From: an uncultured Methanosarcinales archaeon | GTDB lineage: Archaea; Nanobdellota; Nanobdellia; Woesearchaeales; ARS49 | Assembly (NCBI GenBank): GCA_964637115.1 | Contig: CAZWVL010000006.1 | Coordinates: 23,696 to 87,695 of the forward strand | DNA: 64,000 nucleotides | Direction of reading: 5' to 3' | Shown: piece after piece, positions 1 through 9,743 of the stretch | How positions within the stretch are numbered: position 1 is the first letter of the stretch | Layout: each line of letters opens with the position of its first letter | Position numbers and translations under genes: made by a program | The notes under the pieces: model-generated | Seen by the model: the letters and a program-made list of their open reading frames with translations, nothing else | Database searches by the model: none | Told to the model about the DNA's origin: nothing

Positions 1-604
1 TATCTGGCTGGCCAAGAATGGCAAAAGACAATTATATTTTCTGATGATTCCAGTGTTTGCATTCCTGATTTTCTTCATTTTTTACACCCAAAAGAACATA
101 GGCCTACGATACGTCCTGCCTATCTATCCATTTTTGATGGTTATTGGAGGTACAAGCATAGAATTTTTCCAGAAGAGGAAAGCATTGCTATTCTGCCTGG
201 GAGCATGGTATGTACTTTCTGCCTTTATGATTTCTCCACACAATCTCGCATATTTTAATGAAATTGTTGGCGGACCGAGTAACGGCTACAAATATTTGAT
301 TGACTCAAACATAGACTGGGGACAGGGTAATAATGTGCTTAATACATATCTGCACAGTATTAACACCAGCGTACAAGACAACATTTACAGCTCATACCTG
401 AATGGCATCAATACAACAATAAAGCCAAACCCTGGCTGCGAGTACACGGAAGGGAAAATAATAATTGGTGTCAATGTGTTATATGATTTGTTCGTCGGCA
501 ACAAGAAATGCCACGAGTGGCTCAGAAATCTAACGCCAACAAGATATATTGGTTATTCTATTTTTGTGTATGATATTCCTGAGAAATCAAATGAAACAAC
601 ATGA
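1..604 (+). CDS. GT-C fold (ArnT/PMT, GT39-like) membrane glycosyltransferase, C-terminal part, truncated by window edge
   Basis: Frame is open from nt 2 (IWLAKNGKRQLYFLMIP...). RYVLP motif and LAYFNEIVGG...LIDSNIDWGQ motif typical of lipid-carrier-dependent GTs. Confidence 0.7.
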   Translation, partial: IWLAKNGKRQLYFLMIPVFAFLIFFIFYTQKNIGLRYVLPIYPFLMVIGGTSIEFFQKRKALLFCLGAWYVLSAFMISPHNLAYFNEIVGGPSNGYKYLIDSNIDWGQGNNVLNTYLHSINTSVQDNIYSSYLNGINTTIKPNPGCEYTEGKIIIGVNVLYDLFVGNKKCHEWLRNLTPTRYIGYSIFVYDIPEKSNETT

Positions 605-2214
605 TTAAACAAACAAATAAATCAACTATGCCTAGTAAGCTGTCCGGTTTTCAGATGGCTATCCTGATTGCCATCTTGCTATTGGGATTTGCAGTCCGTA
701 CATACAAGCTTGCAGAAATCCCTCCTGGATTTTTTGCCGATGAAGCAGTCACAGGAGTGGATGCGTATGACTTAATAAAATATGGAACAGACCTTTATGG
801 CCGCCGCATGCCCATTTTCTTTCAAGCGCTTGGCGAGTATAAGAGTGGCATGCAAGCATATCTGACAGTTCCGTTTGTATTGATTTTTGGACTAAATGAG
901 TTTTCAGTGCGATTTACCTCGGCATTCTTTGGAGTACTCAGCATACTTATGCTGTACACACTAGTGAAGGAATTGTTCAAAGGCAATTCTCAAAATACGT
1001 GGATAGCTATGTTTTCTGCCTTATTTCTAGCAATTTCTCCCTGGCACATTCACTTTAGCCGCATTGGCTGGGATGCATATATGCCGTTCCTATTGCTCAC
1101 AATGCTTGGCTTGTATTTCCTTCTTAAAGCTCAAAATTCGCCAAAATTCATTGTCCTTGGCGTGATTTCATTTGCCTTGGGAGTTTACAGTTATTCTCCG
1201 TCCAGAATATTCATACCCTTATTCGGCCTGGGTCTTTTCCTTTATTATTTCAAACTCTTCTTGAGAAATAAAATAATTACAATCATCTGTTTTGTGCTGC
1301 TCATCTTTTTGCTCAGACCGTTTATAGGCTTCCATCTGGGCCCAGAAGGCTGGCTGCGCTGGCATCAGGCAAGCATATTCTCAAATCCTCCGAGCGATCA
1401 AAGCGTATTGCGTTATATATCAACCAATTACCTTAGTCATTTTTCCTTAAGCTTTCTATTCCTTAAAGGTGATATCGACATGCCAGGCCAGTCCGTCATG
1501 AGGCATTCTGTCCGGGGTATTGGCGAACTATATTTATTCCAATTGCCACTGATTCTTCTCGGCATATGGTTCCTGTGCAAGAAACAATATCGGCCCGTGT
1601 TGTTCATTCTTGGACTATGGCTTTTATTGTATCCTTTAGGAAGTGCAGTGGCTGCGACCAAAAGCGCACAAGCCACACGCTCTTTCATAGGAGTTATTCC
1701 TTTCCAGATTATTTCTGCAGTTGGACTCATTTTTATCTGGAATTTGGTACCTAAAAGAAAAATGTGGCAGTATGGTGCAGGAGCAACCATTGCATTAATA
1801 ATTTTGTTCTCATTCACACATTATCTCAATCTTTACTTTGTGAAATATCCGAATTACTCTGCTGACTTTTGGGGATGGCAATACGGCCCGCGTGAAATAA
1901 TTACATACTTTATGTCTGTTGAGAATCAATATGACGAGCTGCTAATGCCGACAGCTTGGCCGATTATCAAGATTCCTGCTTTCAATGCCCCCGGAATTTT
2001 CATACCATTCTATACGCAGAATACTGAGAAAGGATGCAAAAAATGCAAATTGGGGTGGGTTGAACAATATAACGCTTCATTGAAGCAGTTATTTGCTGTG
2101 GCACCTTCAGAATTGAATCAGTCAGCATACAACGCAACTTTTACTGTAAATCATACTGTATATTATCCTAACGGATATCCTGCATTCTTAATTGGAGAAA
2201 TTGTTAAGTCCTAA
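601..2214 (+). CDS. GT39/ArnT-like polytopic glycosyltransferase
   Basis: 537 aa, many TM helices, first-loop PPGFFADE acidic motif, SPWHIHFSR motif. Confidence 0.85.
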   Translation: MIKQTNKSTMPSKLSGFQMAILIAILLLGFAVRTYKLAEIPPGFFADEAVTGVDAYDLIKYGTDLYGRRMPIFFQALGEYKSGMQAYLTVPFVLIFGLNEFSVRFTSAFFGVLSILMLYTLVKELFKGNSQNTWIAMFSALFLAISPWHIHFSRIGWDAYMPFLLLTMLGLYFLLKAQNSPKFIVLGVISFALGVYSYSPSRIFIPLFGLGLFLYYFKLFLRNKIITIICFVLLIFLLRPFIGFHLGPEGWLRWHQASIFSNPPSDQSVLRYISTNYLSHFSLSFLFLKGDIDMPGQSVMRHSVRGIGELYLFQLPLILLGIWFLCKKQYRPVLFILGLWLLLYPLGSAVAATKSAQATRSFIGVIPFQIISAVGLIFIWNLVPKRKMWQYGAGATIALIILFSFTHYLNLYFVKYPNYSADFWGWQYGPREIITYFMSVENQYDELLMPTAWPIIKIPAFNAPGIFIPFYTQNTEKGCKKCKLGWVEQYNASLKQLFAVAPSELNQSAYNATFTVNHTVYYPNGYPAFLIGEIVKS

Positions 2215-2279
2215 GAACATATTTGAATCACTATTTCACTTCCACAATCTTTAAATCTCGAACAATATACCTGATGATC

Positions 2280-3230
2280 ATGAAAGCAGTGGTTACAGGG
2301 GGAGCAGGGTTTATCGGAAGCAACCTGGTAGACAAATTGCTCGAACAGGGACACGATGTTACAGTAATAGACAATTTTTCTTCAGGCAAGGAAGAGAATT
2401 TGGCACAGCATAAGAATAACCCGCGCTTGACTGTTCATAGAAAAGACATAAATGAGAATATTGTGGATGAATTCAAGGATGTTGAAGTTGTATTTCATCT
2501 TGCCGCAATTCCTCTTGTGCAGTTTTCAATTCAGCATCCCAAGGAAACGCATCATAATAACGTGACTGGAACATTGAATGTCCTTGAAAACGCACGTGCT
2601 GCAGGTGTAAAAAGACTGGTTTTTGTTTCATCCGCATCAATTTACGGCGACCAGGAAAAGCTGCCCTTTACTGAGGAGATGCTTCCAAAGCCAATGTCAC
2701 CTTATGCCTCTCACAAGATATCAGGAGAATATTACTGCAAGCTTTTCTATCAACTATATGGCTTTGAAACCGTTTGCTTGCGTTACTTCAACGTCTTTGG
2801 GCCTAGACACGATCCTAATAGCAATTATGCCTGCCTGATACCTCGTTCAATTGTAAGAGTGCTGAACGGCCAGTCAATCACCATTTATGGTGACGGAGAG
2901 CAGACAAGAGACTTCATCTATGTTGGAGATATTGTTGATGCCACTATCGCGGCAGGATTTACTCCTTCAAAGAATTGTCTTGGGCAATCAATCAACATAG
3001 CTTCTGGCAGGGAAACGAGCGTGAATGAAATAGCCAAAAACATTCTTGCCCTGCAAACTGGAAAAATTGAATATCTCCCTGCAGTTAAAGAACCACGACG
3101 CAATGTCGCAGATGTTACAAAAGCACATCAATTACTTGGCTGGACGCCTCGCATTTCGCTCAAAGAAGGAATCATGCTAACATTCAACTCATTCAAGACA
3201 TCAGTACTTAAACCAGAAACGCGTTCGTAA
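2280..3230 (+). CDS. NAD-dependent nucleotide-sugar epimerase/dehydratase (extended SDR)
   Basis: VTGGAGFIGS Rossmann motif, SSASIYG, YASHK (YxxxK), RYFNVFGP. Start moved to ATG 2280 (2274 possible), downstream of CTTTAAAT box. Confidence 0.93.
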   Translation: MKAVVTGGAGFIGSNLVDKLLEQGHDVTVIDNFSSGKEENLAQHKNNPRLTVHRKDINENIVDEFKDVEVVFHLAAIPLVQFSIQHPKETHHNNVTGTLNVLENARAAGVKRLVFVSSASIYGDQEKLPFTEEMLPKPMSPYASHKISGEYYCKLFYQLYGFETVCLRYFNVFGPRHDPNSNYACLIPRSIVRVLNGQSITIYGDGEQTRDFIYVGDIVDATIAAGFTPSKNCLGQSINIASGRETSVNEIAKNILALQTGKIEYLPAVKEPRRNVADVTKAHQLLGWTPRISLKEGIMLTFNSFKTSVLKPETRS

Positions 3231-3926
3231 TTTCATCAAACTCCATACATAATCAACAATAATTCTGCCAATCTTGACCTTGCTTTCCTTTCTTTCTGCC
3301 CACGCAACAGGAATTTGTGCTATGTTAAACCCGCAGTGCTCTGAAAGCAATATTAGCTCCGTGTCAAAGAACCATTTGTTGTCCTGCACGTGAGGCAAAA
3401 GCAATTTTACAACAGGTTTTCGGAAGAATTTGAAGCCGCACTGGGCGTCTGTGATGCGAGTTGTAGGGAAAAAAATTCTGATTAGAACGTTATATCCGCG
3501 CGACAACAGCTCTCTAAAAGGAGACCTCTCAACTTCTGATTGTGCAGTTAATCTGTTTCCGATTGCAACATCAGCTTTCTCGTTTACAATCGCGTTAAGG
3601 CACTTTGGAACTGCATCAAGTTCTGTTGACAAATCAGCATCCATGTAACCAACAATGGAATTTTTGCTTCCTAGCCAGGCTAGCCTGAGTGCTTTTGCCC
3701 TGCCTCTTTCAGGTATGTGCAGGAATTTGATATGCTTGAATCTTTTACTGAGCTTTGTTCCGATTTCAACTGTTCTGTCAGTGGAGCCATTGCTGAAAAT
3801 TGTTATATTCCACGGAATGCCACAATTTTTAGCCATGAAATTATGCAAAATACGCATATTCTTTTCGAGCAGTGCTTCTTCATTCAAGCACGGTATTACA
3901 ACGGAAACGCTGTGTTTTGCCCCCAT
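3201..3926 (-). CDS. GT2 polyprenol/dolichol-phosphate glycosyltransferase
   Basis: VVIPCLNEE, NGSTD, DADL (DxD), DAQCGFKFF, WFFDTEL motifs. Confidence 0.9.
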   Translation of the reverse strand: MGAKHSVSVVIPCLNEEALLEKNMRILHNFMAKNCGIPWNITIFSNGSTDRTVEIGTKLSKRFKHIKFLHIPERGRAKALRLAWLGSKNSIVGYMDADLSTELDAVPKCLNAIVNEKADVAIGNRLTAQSEVERSPFRELLSRGYNVLIRIFFPTTRITDAQCGFKFFRKPVVKLLLPHVQDNKWFFDTELILLSEHCGFNIAQIPVAWAERKESKVKIGRIIVDYVWSLMKLRTRFWFKY

Positions 3927-3951
3927 GATTAAAACCCTTTAATGATGATAT

Positions 3952-5238
3952 TTAAAGTTTTATAGCATCCAATGTTTGTTTTACAATTTCTTTTGCAAAT
4001 GATACAGATTTGTCGATGCTTCGCTCAGGATAGGAGTTGAACATTCCTGCTACAAACAAGTTTGATACGGGCGTGTTTACTGGCACCATGTGCTTTAAAA
4101 TGCCCATATGATAAATAAGTCCTGCTGCCGGAAGTCTGAACACTTTGTGCCATTTGACTTCTTGTTTGCCGAAAATCCTGTCCATGTCTGCAATATAAGC
4201 TTCTCCAACTTCCTTTTCGCTCATCTGCCACACTTTGCTCTGTTTATCGGGATAACTTGCAAGGTATACAAAATGGTCGCCTTCATAATTTGAAGCTGAA
4301 ACGAAGTTTGTCTGCTCGATTACTGCACCGAAATGTGCCTTTTCAAGAATGTTCGTCCAATAGTAAGGAGTTAATGGTTTGTTTAAACCAACAAGCACAC
4401 AGCAGGCTCCTTGATATTCTAGACTTTCCAGTTTTTTTGAATATTCTTTTGGAAATTTGACAAATTGCAGCAAGATTCGTGGCGGCAGTGTTGAAACCAA
4501 TGTTTTTGCCTCAACTTCCATGTTATCGTATTTGACGCGTACAATATTCTTCTCCATTTCTACTTCTTTTACTGTCGCATTTAATTCTACATTACTGCCC
4601 TGCTTTTCGATTGCGTCAACTACAGCACTTGTAAGAACTTGGAATCCACCGTGAATGTAGCCGAGTTTTTCGCCTTTCAAATTTCTATCGCTTCGCAATT
4701 TGATGCGTTCAATCATCCAAGCTGCTGAAATTCTTGCAAGGTCTCCGCCGAACTTTGACTGCAATAAAGGCCGGAAGAATCTTTCATATGTGCTATTGTT
4801 GCTATATTTAATCAAAAAATCTTTTGCACTGACATTGTCAAAGTTCGGATAGTCTTTTTCTTGAATAAGCTTGATCTTCAGCATCAAGCGACCAAGCGCG
4901 AACTTGTTCTTCAGTGAAAGCGGCTTGAAAGTTAGCAAATCGTGCGGTTTTGTAAGGCGGTAAAACCTGCCTTCTTCAAAAAAGGCTGTTGTCACGTAAT
5001 CCCAGTCTATTGCAACATTGAGCTCTTCACACATTTTAATCGTAAGTTTATCGCGCGGAAACACATGATGGTAAAAATCGTCTACGTAGAAGGATTTAAC
5101 TTTGGTTGCGTGCAACGCTCCTCCCGCTTCAGCTGATTTCTCTAGAACTAATACTTTCTTTCCTTTCTTGCCAAATTCATACGCTGCCGCAAGGCCTGCT
5201 ATACCTGCCCCCAGTACTACTACATCATAGTGTCGCAT
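3952..5238 (-). CDS. FAD/NAD(P)-dependent oxidoreductase (HemY/amine-oxidase/UGM-like superfamily)
   Basis: N-terminal GAGIAG dinucleotide-binding motif, EK..EAGG, YHH motif. 428 aa. Confidence 0.85.
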   Translation of the reverse strand: MRHYDVVVLGAGIAGLAAAYEFGKKGKKVLVLEKSAEAGGALHATKVKSFYVDDFYHHVFPRDKLTIKMCEELNVAIDWDYVTTAFFEEGRFYRLTKPHDLLTFKPLSLKNKFALGRLMLKIKLIQEKDYPNFDNVSAKDFLIKYSNNSTYERFFRPLLQSKFGGDLARISAAWMIERIKLRSDRNLKGEKLGYIHGGFQVLTSAVVDAIEKQGSNVELNATVKEVEMEKNIVRVKYDNMEVEAKTLVSTLPPRILLQFVKFPKEYSKKLESLEYQGACCVLVGLNKPLTPYYWTNILEKAHFGAVIEQTNFVSASNYEGDHFVYLASYPDKQSKVWQMSEKEVGEAYIADMDRIFGKQEVKWHKVFRLPAAGLIYHMGILKHMVPVNTPVSNLFVAGMFNSYPERSIDKSVSFAKEIVKQTLDAIKL

Positions 5239-5387
5239 TCAATAAGGGCGTACATAAGTAGCTTTTTTAAAGTTTGTGTATTGTATGTCGCTTACACTTC
5301 AGGTACTTTGGGGTGCCGTTGCAAGGATTAACTCTTGTTACTGATGCTATCAATAAACTTAAAAGCATTAGAATGCTCTTATTATAC

Positions 5388-6248
5388 ATGAATATTATTC
5401 GACGCGTTATACGATGTGCACACATACCGTTATATGCTGCTAAATTGTTGTGGGAAACATACATTGCTTGGGGTTTTAGAAGATGGTTCGTTTTCTGGTT
5501 GTCGCGCAATGAAAGCATTTCATTGAAAATGAATGATTTGCACTTCTTGGTTCGCGGATCACCAATAACTTACAAGATGACAGACACTTTTGCAATTATG
5601 GAATCGCTCTATCATAATTTGTATAATCGTGAGTTTTTCAACAAAAAGCTTACCATCAATGAAAACGACACAGTTATTGATATTGGTGGTTACATCGGCT
5701 CTTTTGCGATTCCTGCCGCGCAGCACGCAAAAAGTGGCATTGTCTATACTTTTGAGCCTGCGCCAGAAAATTTTGTGCAACTTCAAAAAAACATTAAACT
5801 GAATGGAGTGAAAAATATCAGGGCCTTCAATCTTGGCATAACTGCGCACGACAGCAATATTAGTTTGTTTATGGACAATTTTAATCCAGCATCAAACAAT
5901 ATCTACATAAAACGAGGTCGTGCTGTTGAGACGCAGGCATTATCACTTGAAACTGTTTTTAAGAGGCATTATATTCAAAAATGCAATTTTCTGAAAGTGG
6001 ATTGTGAAGGTTCGGAATATGAAATTATTATGAATTTAAAGCCACAAATTTTGAAGAAGATTGAAAAAATTGCGTGCGAATACCACTGGCCTTCCTATTA
6101 CGGAGTTGATAATCCACAGCATACTCCGCAGAAATTGGTCGCATTTCTCCGTAAAAACAATTTTTATGTCGTAATGAAGCGAGTTAATCCTTATATAGGC
6201 ATGATATACGCCATTAAAATGTTTAAAAACAGCCATGCGCAAACTTAA
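5388..6248 (+). CDS. FkbM-family methyltransferase
   Basis: VIDIGGYIG, FEP, LKVDCEGSE motifs. Start uncertain (5274, 5373 or 5388). Confidence 0.88.
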   Translation: MNIIRRVIRCAHIPLYAAKLLWETYIAWGFRRWFVFWLSRNESISLKMNDLHFLVRGSPITYKMTDTFAIMESLYHNLYNREFFNKKLTINENDTVIDIGGYIGSFAIPAAQHAKSGIVYTFEPAPENFVQLQKNIKLNGVKNIRAFNLGITAHDSNISLFMDNFNPASNNIYIKRGRAVETQALSLETVFKRHYIQKCNFLKVDCEGSEYEIIMNLKPQILKKIEKIACEYHWPSYYGVDNPQHTPQKLVAFLRKNNFYVVMKRVNPYIGMIYAIKMFKNSHAQT

Positions 6249-6265
6249 TAAAACCCTTCACTTCT

Positions 6266-8317
6266 GTGCAGTCAATGTTCGAGTTTGGTTGGGTGGTATT
6301 ATGGTATATTGGGAGCTTGCTACTAGCACTCATATCTTTCCCTATAGCGTTTTATTTTTGCACGAAGCTGCCTGACAGGGGTTTTTCAATCTGCAGGATA
6401 ACTGGCTTTGTGCTGGCAGGATTCATCACTTTCTTCTTGGGCTATCTAAAAGTTCCAGTAAATTTCAGCTGGCCTTTTTCATTATTAGTGCTGGCCGGAT
6501 GTTCATTCTGGATTGCGCGCAAACAATGGGCTGAGTTAAAGGCATTTGTTCATGAAAAAAGAAAGTTTTTGATATGGCTTGAAGTTGTTTTCCTTGTCTC
6601 GTTTGTCGCATTCTGCTTTGTCCGCTCCCTAACTCCAGCAATCAGCGGCGGAGAGAAGTTTATGGACTCGGGCATCTTCAATGCCGCACAAAGAACTGAA
6701 AAATTGCCAGTTTATGATTTCTGGATTTCTGGCGAACCGTTAAGGTATTACTGGTTCGGTCATTTGTTCTTGGGCAGGTTTTCAAAAATGCTCTTCACCC
6801 CTCCGGGATTTGGCTACAATCTCTCAATAGCACTGCTTTTTGCCTTGACTGTGCAGATTATGCTTAGTCTTGGCATTGCTCTTTCAAAGAAATGGTATTG
6901 GGCATTATTCGGCATTGGCTACATTTCTATATTCGGCAACCTTGCAGGCGCGATACAGATTATTGCCACGCATTGGGAGAAGTTTGACTTTTGGTCGCCA
7001 ACCAGAGTTATTGACGGTGCAATAGCAGGAACTATCAACGAGTTTCCATTCTTCACTTTCTTCTTTGCGGACTTGCACGCTCATCTTATTGCGATTCCAA
7101 TGGTTTTGGCAATCGTGTATCTGTTCTATCAAATTTATCAGGAAGGAGCTACGAAAAAAAATAGCATCTTGACAACTATTCTTTTGGGCTGCATCCGTGT
7201 TACGAATGCCTGGGACTGGCCGTCGCTGGTTGCCCTGCTTGGTATTCTCTTGTTTGCGCGCTGGTGGCAAAATGGAAGAAAAGAAGCCCTTTTGAAAAGT
7301 GTAGTCTTCCCATGGATTATCATAACTGGAGTTTCATTCGCTCTCTTTTTCGGATTCCCTCAGCCGCAGCCATTGAGCGTTAAGATAGCAACGCTTCATA
7401 GTAAAATCAGTGAATGGTTGTTGGTATTCGGAGCATTTTTCTTCATTTTAACAGCATACATTCTCAGTAATTTCAAGTGGGCAGGCTGGGCGCTGCTAAT
7501 CATGCTCCTTGTTACAATGTTCGCATTGAAAGTGTGGATTTGGCTATTTTTGTTCATCATATTGCTCATCTTTATTTTATTGTCAACAAAGCCTGACAAA
7601 GAATTATCTTTCGGAATTCTTCTTGTCATTACAGCGTGCTTTATACTGATCGGAATGGAGCTAATTTACATCCACGACTGGCTTGCAAATTCGTGGCAGA
7701 GAATGAATACGGTTTTCAAGTTCGGCCTGCATTCATGGTATCTTCTGAGCATGGCAGCGCCTGTGCTTTTGGCGGCAGCGTGGAAAAACACAGAACACAA
7801 AAAACTGGTGTTGAGTTGCCTTTTAGGGCTTCTAGTGCTCGCAGGACTTGTGTATCCTACTGTAATCATTGCCCAGCGCATTAAATGGGCGCCGGAATTC
7901 ACGCTCTACGGCTTCAAAGAACTGTACCTGAGGCATCCAGGAGATTATGACGGCGTTATGTGGCTGGCAAGTCATAAAGACAATCCTGTAATCGTGGAAG
8001 CTCCTGGTGATGCTTACAATTACAATGGCAGAATATCCTCATACACTGGCCTGCCGACAGTAAGCGGCTGGCCCGGCCATCTGTTCCAGCACGGCATTCC
8101 CTGGGATGTTATTTTCAAACGAAGAGAGGACGTGACGAAAATCTATAGCAGCACTAATATTGAAGAAGCAATGCCGCTGTTGAAACATTACAACGTCACG
8201 TACGTGTACGTTGGCGAGGAAGAACGCAGACAATTTAACTCAAGCAGTCTTGAAAAATTCAATGCACTTCCAAAGGCATTTGAGTCAGAAGGTGTGGTGA
8301 TTTATCGTGCCGGATAA
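6266..8317 (+). CDS. DUF2298 / Chlor_Arch_YYY-type polytopic membrane protein
   Basis: GEKFMD, YYWFGH, INEFPFFTFFFADLHAH, NAWDWP, RMNTVFKF motifs. Confidence 0.85.
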   Translation: MQSMFEFGWVVLWYIGSLLLALISFPIAFYFCTKLPDRGFSICRITGFVLAGFITFFLGYLKVPVNFSWPFSLLVLAGCSFWIARKQWAELKAFVHEKRKFLIWLEVVFLVSFVAFCFVRSLTPAISGGEKFMDSGIFNAAQRTEKLPVYDFWISGEPLRYYWFGHLFLGRFSKMLFTPPGFGYNLSIALLFALTVQIMLSLGIALSKKWYWALFGIGYISIFGNLAGAIQIIATHWEKFDFWSPTRVIDGAIAGTINEFPFFTFFFADLHAHLIAIPMVLAIVYLFYQIYQEGATKKNSILTTILLGCIRVTNAWDWPSLVALLGILLFARWWQNGRKEALLKSVVFPWIIITGVSFALFFGFPQPQPLSVKIATLHSKISEWLLVFGAFFFILTAYILSNFKWAGWALLIMLLVTMFALKVWIWLFLFIILLIFILLSTKPDKELSFGILLVITACFILIGMELIYIHDWLANSWQRMNTVFKFGLHSWYLLSMAAPVLLAAAWKNTEHKKLVLSCLLGLLVLAGLVYPTVIIAQRIKWAPEFTLYGFKELYLRHPGDYDGVMWLASHKDNPVIVEAPGDAYNYNGRISSYTGLPTVSGWPGHLFQHGIPWDVIFKRREDVTKIYSSTNIEEAMPLLKHYNVTYVYVGEEERRQFNSSSLEKFNALPKAFESEGVVIYRAG

Positions 8318-9743
8318 AGCAGAGAAATGGACAATCTTCATATTTGTGCTAATACTCTTGCTGGCGACCAGCCTGAGGCTCTATAACCTGCCATTACGCG
8401 CAATGCATCACGATGAAGTCTCAGGCCATCATACTTTTACAAATGACTTGTACACGCACAAGAAATATCATTACGACCCTGTTTATCACGGACCGCTTCT
8501 TTACCATTTCATGGCATTGTCTTACTACATGTTTGGCATCAATGACATCAGCATCAGATTATCTTCTGCATTATTTGGCATTGCAATCCTGTTTTTGGTC
8601 TGGCAGCTGCGCCGTTGGGTAGGCAATGCAGGAATGCTGCTTATAGCTGCAATAATTGCAGTTTCCCCTGTCAACGTGTACTTTTCACGTTTTGCAATTC
8701 ACGATCCCTTGTTTGCGTTTTTCACTTTAGCAACAGTTTTGTGCATATTGCAGTTTATGAGGACGCCGACCAAGAAATGGGCGTTCATGATAGGAATCGC
8801 GCTCGGATTTGTGTTTACAGTTAAAGAAGCGTCATTTATCTTCGCCGGAATACTTGGTTTTTACGCTGCAATTGAATTGTTCTTTTTTAACAAGGCAACC
8901 ACCATTAAGACCAAGATAAAAACTGGCCTGCAAAAATTATATGATAACGAAAAACAGATTGGAATTGGCATAGTTGGCTTCCTCATTCCATTCAGCGTCT
9001 TTTATTCATCATTCTTCCGTTTTCCTGGGGAAATACTCAAAGGCTTTACATTGCCTATTACAAAGTGGGTTGAGCTTGCAACAACTTGGAGCGGCCATTT
9101 CAAGCCTGCCTCATATTATTTCCATTTACTCTTCACGTATGAAATAGCAGCTATTGCTATTGGTGTTGTTGGCCTTGTAGTGTGCTGCTTTTATTTCAGA
9201 AAAGCGCCTTACTATCGGCTGATGATTGTCTGGATTGTTTGCAACACCGCAGCTTACTTTTACTTGAAATACAAAATGCCGTGGCTCTCAATGCACATTA
9301 TGCTGCCTTTTGCAGTTGCTGCCGGCTTCGGCTTGCAGGCAATTTGGAATGAAAAGTGGAAATATGCAATCGTTGGTATTTGCGTCATTCTTTTGTCGCT
9401 TTCATTTGCAGGTGCAGTCAAGCAAAGCTTCTATGATTATGATGATCCTTCAAACAAGGAGTTTGCGTATGTGCAGACTAACAGGGATATTTTCAGGATG
9501 ATATCAGATGTAGAATCACGAAACAATAAAGAGCACGTCAAGGTTGTTTCGCCTGATTACACCTGGGCGATTTACTGGTATGGCGCGAGAAAAAACATTT
9601 CATTTGGCCATTATAAGGACATACCGAATGATTTAAATGGAAGAGTTATACTTTCAACATTCCAGTTAAATTTGACAGATTACAGGGTAGAAGATTACAA
9701 TCTGGGGCATCACGGGATATATCACGGATATTACAGAAAGTGA
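8307..9743 (+). CDS. TIGR03663 / Agl23-like GT-C membrane protein
   Basis: LRLYNL..RAMHHDE, YHYDPVYHGP, SRFAIHD, YKMPW motifs. Confidence 0.8.
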   Translation: MPDKAEKWTIFIFVLILLLATSLRLYNLPLRAMHHDEVSGHHTFTNDLYTHKKYHYDPVYHGPLLYHFMALSYYMFGINDISIRLSSALFGIAILFLVWQLRRWVGNAGMLLIAAIIAVSPVNVYFSRFAIHDPLFAFFTLATVLCILQFMRTPTKKWAFMIGIALGFVFTVKEASFIFAGILGFYAAIELFFFNKATTIKTKIKTGLQKLYDNEKQIGIGIVGFLIPFSVFYSSFFRFPGEILKGFTLPITKWVELATTWSGHFKPASYYFHLLFTYEIAAIAIGVVGLVVCCFYFRKAPYYRLMIVWIVCNTAAYFYLKYKMPWLSMHIMLPFAVAAGFGLQAIWNEKWKYAIVGICVILLSLSFAGAVKQSFYDYDDPSNKEFAYVQTNRDIFRMISDVESRNNKEHVKVVSPDYTWAIYWYGARKNISFGHYKDIPNDLNGRVILSTFQLNLTDYRVEDYNLGHHGIYHGYYRK

